From NCBI GenBank assembly GCA_036479375.1, contig JAZGFK010000140.1:2215-66214 (forward strand): a stretch of DNA of 64,000 bases. The letters are read 5' to 3'. Below are positions 56,327-64,000 of this stretch, piece after piece. A program made the translations under genes and the position numbers. The notes under the pieces were generated by a model. The model was not told the DNA's origin and did not search any database. It worked only from the letters and a program-made list of their open reading frames with translations. The DNA is from Pontiella sp. (GTDB taxonomy: Bacteria; Verrucomicrobiota; Kiritimatiellia; Kiritimatiellales; Pontiellaceae). Positions within the stretch are counted from its first letter, which is position 1; the number at the start of each line of letters is the position of its first letter.

Positions 56327-57553
56327 ATGTATCACTGTAAGATTGTTGGTTCTATTCTGCTTTTCCTCTTGTTAGGCACCGCTTCTTTGGTCGCCCAAAC
56401 GAATGATATAGAGGCCGCGGTTCTGGATGATGTTTATTCCGTTCAGGATGTGCTCTTTAGAGTTCAGAAGCAGTTCGTTGGCCTCCTTCCTTCTGACCAA
56501 ATCTATTCTCATGATGATAAAACTGTCTATGCCGTGGAATGGTTGGGCATGCCTGAAAAGCTAAAGAGGAGAATGCATGCAACGATGGTTTATGGTTTCC
56601 CGATTTACGAGTTGCGCCTCATTACCGATCCGATCTCACGGGATACTATTTTCCACAATTCACGAAATATAGAAGTGTACCGAATTTCTCAATCCGCTGA
56701 TAGTTATGACCCTTATGCATGGTGGAAGAACAAGATTGACGGGTTCTCGTATTCGGAGATCGATGAATGGAATCTGTGGGTTTTTGATTATGCCCATACG
56801 GGTGTTTCAATCCAGATGGTTCCAGTTTCCCTGCATACCGCATTTATGGAAGAACTGGCCTATCAGGAATCGCAAGAGCAGTTAATGCAATCCATGTCGG
56901 TAGCCCCGATGTCCATGATGATGGCTTCCATGTCAACTGGCCCCGAACTGCAAATGGGCATTGATAGCTTGAGCAACGGGACAGTTGAAGTACGGGTCGA
57001 ATGGGAAAGCACTATCGACAGTGGTACGCTGGAAATTTTCAGAGCTTCTGACCTGATTGCATGGGACTGGCAGTTTGCGATTACCAATATTTCGACATCG
57101 GGTTCCACGAATTATACATGGGTTGACACCGATACCAATCAGACCGAGCAGTTCTATGTGACAGGAACGGATTATGACGAAGATAACGACCTCATTAGCT
57201 CGGCACGGGAACGCTACCTTTTTCTGACCCGCGAGGATTTATTTGATACGGACGGTGACGGCCTCGGAGGCGGATGGGAAATGGGCTATGGATTCCTTCC
57301 TCTTTCAACCGTTGGAACCAATGGGGCCCTTGGCGATGTCGATAATGATGGCTACAGCAATTTGGAAGAACAGCTCAAGGATACGAATCCTAAGAGTCCC
57401 GATAGTAATTCCACCACGGGAACGGTAGCTACCATCCGTTACTACTACGATGAGGACGACCGTCTAACCGATTTCTTTGTCGGCTCTGAAACGGCTCAGA
57501 AAACCATCCTCACTGCCTCACACAATATTTCAGAAGAAGTTTCGGCCAAATAG
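56327..57553 (+). CDS. Secreted protein with DxDxDG Ca-binding-type repeats and a C-terminal YD-like repeat
   Basis: Signal peptide; Met-rich linker; DEDNDL, DTDGDGL and DVDNDGYSNLEE..TNP; tail IRYYYDEDDRLT. Confidence 0.75.
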   Translation: MYHCKIVGSILLFLLLGTASLVAQTNDIEAAVLDDVYSVQDVLFRVQKQFVGLLPSDQIYSHDDKTVYAVEWLGMPEKLKRRMHATMVYGFPIYELRLITDPISRDTIFHNSRNIEVYRISQSADSYDPYAWWKNKIDGFSYSEIDEWNLWVFDYAHTGVSIQMVPVSLHTAFMEELAYQESQEQLMQSMSVAPMSMMMASMSTGPELQMGIDSLSNGTVEVRVEWESTIDSGTLEIFRASDLIAWDWQFAITNISTSGSTNYTWVDTDTNQTEQFYVTGTDYDEDNDLISSARERYLFLTREDLFDTDGDGLGGGWEMGYGFLPLSTVGTNGALGDVDNDGYSNLEEQLKDTNPKSPDSNSTTGTVATIRYYYDEDDRLTDFFVGSETAQKTILTASHNISEEVSAK

Positions 57554-57573
57554 TTTAATCAGGGGAACGATAG

Positions 57574-60500
57574 ATGAATTTTAAACAGTCAATATCGCGT
57601 TATGCTACCGGACTAACAGCAATGATGATTGCTCAGGCATCTATGGGTGAATGGAAGTTGTCCGCACCGTTGCCTACGCATGAATACGCTCAAGGACGTG
57701 GCTCGGGTTCAGCACCACTCACCTTGCAGTCGATGGAGGCTTCCACGTACGGGACAACGGTTACCACCAATGAAACAGAAGTAACGGATGAAATCAGGGC
57801 GCTTGCAAGAGCGTTGGATCATGATCCCCTTCAAATGTATGCCTATGTTAAAAATCACATAGAGTATATTCCAACCTATGGCGTGTATGTGGGGGCAACG
57901 GGCTGCTTGAAAGCAATGAAAGGAAATGATTTTGATCAGTGTGCCTTGCTGGCTTCACTATTCCGGGTTTCCGGGTATGAATGTTACTATCGAAATGCCG
58001 ACGTAAACTATTACCGTTCGGATGTCGCAAACTGGTTGCCTCTGCCTGCCGGCGAGCTGGATGGCATTCATTTCAATTGCGGGGGAGACTCCGGGGCGGT
58101 ATCCGGGTATCCGAATGAAATGTTTGTCAACCGAACATGGGTAATCGCCGAGATTGATGGAAGCGAGGTCGTCTTTGACCCGGCCATTAAAAACTACACC
58201 ACAAACAATGCCATTGATTTGGCAACAGCGACGGGTTACAGCCTATCCTCGCTCCGTTCGGCAGCATCATCGAACGCAACGGTCACGGGATACAGTGTCG
58301 AGGATATGAATCAGACGGCACTGGATGCGATCTTAACCGAATACACGACCAATTTGATCGCCTACATTAAGAACAACTATTCAGGTAGAGGTGTCGATGA
58401 GGTATATGGACTCAGAAAGATCATACCGGAAAACATAGATTCATATCCTACGGCCTTACCTTTCAATGCCTACATATATTCTTCAACGGTTACCAACTGG
58501 ACGCATATACCCACTAATGATATTTCAAGTTTCAGGGTACAGCACCAAGGTATTGACGAGTCGTTTTCCGGGCATGAGTTGGCCGGAAAACGATTATCGA
58601 TCATGTATGATACCTCGAACGGGAATCGCCCCATTCTCTATTTGGATGGAACTTCCCATGCGTCCGGAAATCCCACCACCATCGGGCAGGAATACGATTT
58701 GACCGTTAGTGTGGATGTACCGACGAGTCCATACCACGCGCCGGGTGCCTATGATGATTCAGCAACCCAGTCGCTTAAGAGTGGTGGCGAGTTCGTGATT
58801 GTGCAGGATGCCAACACCTCTTCTCCCAAAGTGTTGCAGGATGCCAATAATGAACTGAGCGAATCCATGAACGCCGGACTGCTCAATGATAGCGAAGCGA
58901 TTGTTGGCGGAGCCTTGGAACTGGCTGCATGGATGTACCGGATGCAGGATTCCGCCCTTACAGAAATTATCTCCCGGCAATGCGGAGTCGCTGGCTACAC
59001 GATGTACCTCATGGGGGTGTGTGGTCAAAATGATGGCGTTTACATTGATATGCCCGTTGGATTCGGTGCTTCACATTCACCGGATGTGGATAAAAGAAAT
59101 AAGTACTTCACTATTCGGAACCTTATGGGCAGTGCTCTGGAACACGGAATTTTCGAACAGAATCAGGATATAGAAAGTGTATCTACCATTCGGGTGCTGA
59201 ACCTAAACGATGCGGATGGGAAAAAGACCTTCCTGGCAGACTCCAACACGTGGAGTACAGTAAGTAGTCTCCTGCCCTTATACGACTCAACATTTAAAAC
59301 ACAAATAGGAACTGCTGTTGCAAACGGAACGGTTTTCATTCTTCCGGAAAATCCCGATGTTCAATACAACGACTGGGAAGGCATCGGCTACATCTCCCTA
59401 AACCGTCAAACGAATGGTCAAAGCATGCTCATGGCCATCGAAGGCGGCTATAACGGAGGCACTGGTTCCTACACGGGAACAAAGACCTCGTCTTGGATAG
59501 GGTCACTGTTTTCAGGCATCTTTGGCTTCTTTTCCGCCGGTATCGACTTCTTCTTTAGCTTTGATCCGGTTGAGCTGCATACGGGTTATTTTGTATCGGA
59601 AACAACGGATTTGGTCGTTGGGAATGAACCGACCCCGCTTGGAATGGATTTCACCCGTTCGTATAGCAGTGGGCAAAAACGCAATGACCATGCGCTGGGC
59701 TATGGATGGACGCATAGTCTGGATATGGATATTATCGAACAAACCCGATCCGAGCCTGCACAGGGACAGAGAACGCCGGAAGATGCCGCCGCAGTAATGG
59801 TTTACTCCATGGTGGCATCCGAATTAATGGACGGAACACCCGACGTATTGGATTGGTCCATTGGGATCTATGCCAGTGACTGGGCCATGAAGCAGGCGAC
59901 TCTTAATGCGGCAGTTGTCCAGCTGGGTAAATCCTCGATGGAGTTTATTCGCCAGCCCGATGGCTCCTACACTCCTCCTCCCGGTATCACGCATTCCCTG
60001 ATCAAGACCAACGGACTCTTTGTTTTAGAGGAACGGCATGGTCTCACCTATGCGTTCAATGTCAGCAACGCCGTAGCCACCATTACCAATACTGACGATA
60101 AAACCATGATATTTACCTATGCTGACGACAAGCTATCGGAGGTCAAGGATGCCTATAACCGCACGTTGACATTCGGGTATGCAGGGGATCAGCTGACTTC
60201 GGTCACAGATGGCGGACGGACTGTTTCCTATCAACATGATACATCGGGCAATCTTACCAATGTGAATGATGTAACCGGCTTTGACTGGGGCATTGGATAC
60301 GATGGCGAGAGTCAGATTAAAAACCTCATTGATCCTGAAGGCATTGTTACGGTTCAAAATAACTACAACAGCCTTGGGCAGGTAACCAACCAGATATCAT
60401 CTATCTCCACGCCGTGGAACTACTATGCCAGTGGCTTCGGTGCAACGGAGGAAGATCCGTACGGCAACAGGACAACCTATTACTTTGACGGCCAAGGCCG

Positions 60501-63500
60501 AGGTCTGGGAATGCTCAATACCCAGAGCAACCGGACATACCGGGGTTTCGATGCGCAGGGCCATTTAACCACAACGGTGAATGAAGCGGGCGTTACGAAT
60601 ATTGCCGTATACGATGCTAATCATAATCTACTCATCCAGACTAACGCCTTGGGGACTTCCGAACAGGTTGTGAACGGGTATGGATATGATGCCGAACACC
60701 ATTTAAGGTTTGTAACCAATGCCGTTGGAACCGTCGAACAAACGGTTAGCGAGCTTACCTATACCAGCGAACATAAAATCAACACGGTCACGCTCGCCAA
60801 AGGGACTTCATCCGAAACCGTCACAGACATTGATTATTATACCGATGCGCTCAAGAAAGGCCGTTTGGAGCAAAGAAGCGAAGGAAACGGAAAGCGGATC
60901 ACGACCTACAGCCAGTATGATGCTTATGGCAATGCCGAGTTGGTTGCTTCTTCCGGTATGGGAAACATGACCTATGATTACGATTCGCTTGGAAATCTGA
61001 AAACAGCAACGCTTAACGGCAAGACAACGGAATATGAATACGATGAGCGCAGGCGGGTGAAAAAGACCACATACGGGAAAGGGTCGGCAGATGAAGTATC
61101 TACATCCCGAACCTTCCGGGACAACGATCTATTAAAAACAACGACCGATGCCAAAGGAGAAACGACGAGCTATTACTACACCGATGCATACAAGCAGGCC
61201 GGGGTTGTTTATCCCGATACATCAAGTACAACCAATATCTACGATGATGCGAGCAGGTTGGTTCGTACAGTTGATGCGGAGTTGAACGAAACAATACTCC
61301 AGCTGGATAGCCTCGGACGTGTGACCAACATTGTTGGGGAAACTACGACCGCATTAGCTCAATACGATGTAGTGGGAAATCCTACCAACTCTGTCGTTGA
61401 TCCTTCCGGTTTAGCCCTGCAAAGCCGGTTCACATACGACGCTCTCAATCGTATAACGCACAACTACAGACCGATTGGCCATGAAGAATATGAAATTGAT
61501 GCGCTCGGTCGCACTACGAATAGAGTGGACGCCGCTTCCAAGAATTGGAAAACCGAATATGACGAACTCGGTCGAATGAAGAAAAACTTCCGGCCCTCAG
61601 GCAACTACGAAGAGTACGGGTATGATGATCTAGGTAGTCGTACGCACTTCTGGAATGCCGAATTCAAACCCATGTACTTTGGGATGGACGGACAAGGTCG
61701 GGTAACGAACATCACCAACGCCATCAACAATGCCACAAGTTTTGACTATAATCTTTCAGGCAACCTGTCCCGACGAACCGCCGCCGATCTAAAGGTAACA
61801 GACTATGGTTATGATTCATTGAATCGGTTGACTGCGATCACCAACGAAAGTGTAGAGGTTGCCGCATTCGATCATGATGATAATGGTAACGTTATGAGCC
61901 TAGAGAATGACAATACAACGATCACACTTGGTTATGATTCCATGAACCGGCTGACGGCCTCGACCCAAACCGTCGATACTGCGACTTCCATCGTGGGCTA
62001 TCAGTATGACCTCAATGGCAACCGCACGCATGTCACCTATCCCGGCAACACAAACGCCATGTATGACTACGGAGATGATAACCGACTAGACTCCGTAGAC
62101 CTTTCGGCATTCGGAGTCGCTACGGCAATTACTTTCGACTATGACGGTGCCAACCGCCTAACCAACATTGTCTACCCAAATAGTGTTAACTCGGCGTTTG
62201 GGTATGATGACAATGGACAGGTCACCTCCATTAAGCATGGCGACTTCGTTGACAAGGAGATCCATCGTAATGCACTCGGATTCAAGCATACCGAAACCAT
62301 TGATGCCGGACTGAAACCTCTCGCTCCATCTACCTATCGAAGCATCAAAACCCACAACGATGCCGATCAGCTAACTGCTGAGATCGTTACGGAGGGAACC
62401 AACAGCTATACCGTTTCATATGGTTACGATGCCAATGGCTGTATGACTTCGTCAGTGTCATCCGTGCAATCACTAGGCTACGAATACGATTATGACAATC
62501 GCATAACATCAGCTACAGGAGTTGAGTATATTTATGATGCTTCCGGAGCACGTGTAGGCCGAATCAGTGGAACAACCACCAACTATTTCGTGATTGATTA
62601 TACCGATGGACTTAAACGTCCATTGGCCGAAATGGATGCATCGGGGAATCTTACCCGCTACTATGTCTGGTCGGGTATGCGGTTGTTATGCCACATCGAG
62701 TCCAATGGCGATGTACTCTACTATCATTCGGATGAACTGGGCTCCACACTCGCCCTCACAGATGACACAGGTTCCGTTACGGATGAGTTTGCCTACATGC
62801 CCTATGGCTATGCAACACACACGGCACATGCAGGAAGCGTCGATACACCCTTCCAATGGCTTGGCGGATATGGGGTTTACTACGACTCGGTTTCCGATCT
62901 GCACCTAACCCTGCACCGGGCTTATTCGAGTAAACTCAAACGCTTCATTCATCCCGATCCGCTCGGCATTGACGGTGGTGTTAATGTTTATGCCATGGCC
63001 AACATGAATCCACTCGCATTTGTTGATCCCTACGGATTGGAACCTTGGTTTGGTGGTGGCGATTTTGGAGGGGGAACTGATCCCGGCGGCGTAGGTGGTC
63101 CGGGAGGCCCGGAGACGGGTGGAGGTGTAATCAGCCGGGGCATTTCGTATGTGCAAAATGCACTGGCAAGCGTTGGAAGTGCGATTTGGTCGGGAGCAAG
63201 TTTTGTTGGTGGAGCTGCTTGGGATGCCACTACATTTGTTGGCGGTGCGGTGTGGGCTGGGGGTAGTTATATTGTTGATGTTGGACGGAGCATTGGAAGA
63301 TCGGTAAACCCGGTAGCTATATATAGATTTGCCCAGAATGCTTCTGATAGAGAAGATACTGGAAGTCCAACAGCTCATGAGCATTCCGCATTTGGATATG
63401 GACAGTATGTTAATAACAAGGCGGTGGCTCAAACCGTTAGAACGGTAAGTGAATTTGTATTCCAGTTTCCGGTATATACCACGCAGGATCTATTCTCCCG

Positions 63501-63639
63501 AGCATTTTTAGGGGGAGCAGGGCCATATCAGCCCTATATGTGGAGTACGGAAAATGGAGGGATATTGGACTCTTTCCATGATATTGGAATAACAGGAGAT
63601 GGTGCCAGTGCAGGCCCTGGAGCTACGAACCCCTATTAA
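57574..63639 (+). CDS. RHS repeat protein (transglutaminase-like N-terminus, DUF6531, YD repeats, RHS core, 199-aa C-terminal domain)
   Basis: Signal peptide; GNDFDQ; DPVELHTG..FTRSYSS..LGYGWTH; many YD repeats; NPLAFVDPYGL core end at 63039. Confidence 0.93.
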   Translation: MNFKQSISRYATGLTAMMIAQASMGEWKLSAPLPTHEYAQGRGSGSAPLTLQSMEASTYGTTVTTNETEVTDEIRALARALDHDPLQMYAYVKNHIEYIPTYGVYVGATGCLKAMKGNDFDQCALLASLFRVSGYECYYRNADVNYYRSDVANWLPLPAGELDGIHFNCGGDSGAVSGYPNEMFVNRTWVIAEIDGSEVVFDPAIKNYTTNNAIDLATATGYSLSSLRSAASSNATVTGYSVEDMNQTALDAILTEYTTNLIAYIKNNYSGRGVDEVYGLRKIIPENIDSYPTALPFNAYIYSSTVTNWTHIPTNDISSFRVQHQGIDESFSGHELAGKRLSIMYDTSNGNRPILYLDGTSHASGNPTTIGQEYDLTVSVDVPTSPYHAPGAYDDSATQSLKSGGEFVIVQDANTSSPKVLQDANNELSESMNAGLLNDSEAIVGGALELAAWMYRMQDSALTEIISRQCGVAGYTMYLMGVCGQNDGVYIDMPVGFGASHSPDVDKRNKYFTIRNLMGSALEHGIFEQNQDIESVSTIRVLNLNDADGKKTFLADSNTWSTVSSLLPLYDSTFKTQIGTAVANGTVFILPENPDVQYNDWEGIGYISLNRQTNGQSMLMAIEGGYNGGTGSYTGTKTSSWIGSLFSGIFGFFSAGIDFFFSFDPVELHTGYFVSETTDLVVGNEPTPLGMDFTRSYSSGQKRNDHALGYGWTHSLDMDIIEQTRSEPAQGQRTPEDAAAVMVYSMVASELMDGTPDVLDWSIGIYASDWAMKQATLNAAVVQLGKSSMEFIRQPDGSYTPPPGITHSLIKTNGLFVLEERHGLTYAFNVSNAVATITNTDDKTMIFTYADDKLSEVKDAYNRTLTFGYAGDQLTSVTDGGRTVSYQHDTSGNLTNVNDVTGFDWGIGYDGESQIKNLIDPEGIVTVQNNYNSLGQVTNQISSISTPWNYYASGFGATEEDPYGNRTTYYFDGQGRGLGMLNTQSNRTYRGFDAQGHLTTTVNEAGVTNIAVYDANHNLLIQTNALGTSEQVVNGYGYDAEHHLRFVTNAVGTVEQTVSELTYTSEHKINTVTLAKGTSSETVTDIDYYTDALKKGRLEQRSEGNGKRITTYSQYDAYGNAELVASSGMGNMTYDYDSLGNLKTATLNGKTTEYEYDERRRVKKTTYGKGSADEVSTSRTFRDNDLLKTTTDAKGETTSYYYTDAYKQAGVVYPDTSSTTNIYDDASRLVRTVDAELNETILQLDSLGRVTNIVGETTTALAQYDVVGNPTNSVVDPSGLALQSRFTYDALNRITHNYRPIGHEEYEIDALGRTTNRVDAASKNWKTEYDELGRMKKNFRPSGNYEEYGYDDLGSRTHFWNAEFKPMYFGMDGQGRVTNITNAINNATSFDYNLSGNLSRRTAADLKVTDYGYDSLNRLTAITNESVEVAAFDHDDNGNVMSLENDNTTITLGYDSMNRLTASTQTVDTATSIVGYQYDLNGNRTHVTYPGNTNAMYDYGDDNRLDSVDLSAFGVATAITFDYDGANRLTNIVYPNSVNSAFGYDDNGQVTSIKHGDFVDKEIHRNALGFKHTETIDAGLKPLAPSTYRSIKTHNDADQLTAEIVTEGTNSYTVSYGYDANGCMTSSVSSVQSLGYEYDYDNRITSATGVEYIYDASGARVGRISGTTTNYFVIDYTDGLKRPLAEMDASGNLTRYYVWSGMRLLCHIESNGDVLYYHSDELGSTLALTDDTGSVTDEFAYMPYGYATHTAHAGSVDTPFQWLGGYGVYYDSVSDLHLTLHRAYSSKLKRFIHPDPLGIDGGVNVYAMANMNPLAFVDPYGLEPWFGGGDFGGGTDPGGVGGPGGPETGGGVISRGISYVQNALASVGSAIWSGASFVGGAAWDATTFVGGAVWAGGSYIVDVGRSIGRSVNPVAIYRFAQNASDREDTGSPTAHEHSAFGYGQYVNNKAVAQTVRTVSEFVFQFPVYTTQDLFSRAFLGGAGPYQPYMWSTENGGILDSFHDIGITGDGASAGPGATNPY

Positions 63640-63652
63640 ATGGAGGTGTCAT

Positions 63653-64000
63653 ATGAAGAAGTTATATATTGCTGTTTTTTGCGTCTTGTTTTTAGTTTCA
63701 GTGTCAAAAGGAGGCTGGCTCTACTTTTCAGAAAAAGAACTGGCCGAGTATGCAGAAAACGGAAACAAAATTGTCCAAGCACTTAAGGGATACCACAAAA
63801 AAGAAAAGCACTATCCTGAAAAACTGGAAGAGTTGGTGCCTGAGTATTTAAAGGAAATTCCTCTTTCGAAAGAAGGGGATGGAGAATCATTCATCTATTA
63901 CAAAATTCCAGAAGATGACCCCAAAAAAGACGAGTATTACTATGGTTTTTTGCTTTCCGTCTTTGCGGATAATTGGCGCATGCTTTTAACTCCTAGATCG
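63653..64000 (+). CDS. Putative immunity protein, exported (runs off the window)
   Basis: GGAGG RBS; ORF MKKLYIAVFCVLFLVSVSKG...ALKGYHKKEKHYPEKLEELVPEYLKEIP starts 14 bp after the RHS stop; AT-rich. Confidence 0.65.
   Translation, partial: MKKLYIAVFCVLFLVSVSKGGWLYFSEKELAEYAENGNKIVQALKGYHKKEKHYPEKLEELVPEYLKEIPLSKEGDGESFIYYKIPEDDPKKDEYYYGFLLSVFADNWRMLLTPRS

Noticed and set aside
14-63432. Numerous 60-240 aa ORFs antisense to or overlapping recognised genes (e.g. 48528-49250, 38200-38811, 22895-23443)
   Set aside because: They shadow well-supported genes and show no recognisable motifs

Overview
A gene-dense bacterial chromosomal segment, mostly housekeeping: yajC-secDF, recJ, a DEAD-box helicase, purF, gpmI, lptCAB-hpf-hprK-ptsH-ptsI, coaE, rho, folM-folB, accA, recN, mfd and pyrB-argF. 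Protein style suggests a PVC-superphylum organism, probably Kiritimatiellota/Lentisphaerota-like (inference only). I saw no rRNA, tRNA or CRISPR array. Most notable: (1) a gapped palindrome TTCCA-N5-TGGAA is strongly over-represented (8 perfect and about 13 one-mismatch copies by eye), mostly inside unrelated genes and in different reading frames. (2) An Hpt / REC-PP2C-HATPase / STAS partner-switching operon has a priming glycosyltransferase and a doubly degenerate sugar-nucleotide enzyme built in. (3) A Hanks kinase lacks the beta-3 lysine but carries a WNK-like Gly-loop lysine, and is convergent with an ECF sigma factor. (4) A hybrid histidine kinase lacks its phospho-His. (5) A signal-peptide-bearing RHS toxin has a dead transglutaminase-like N-terminus, an upstream partner ending in a YD-like repeat, and a candidate immunity gene. 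(6) A decayed RAYT sits among several REP families and heptamer repeats. (7) The ornithine carbamoyltransferase carries Giardia-type motifs. All calls come from manual motif reading; no database searches were run.
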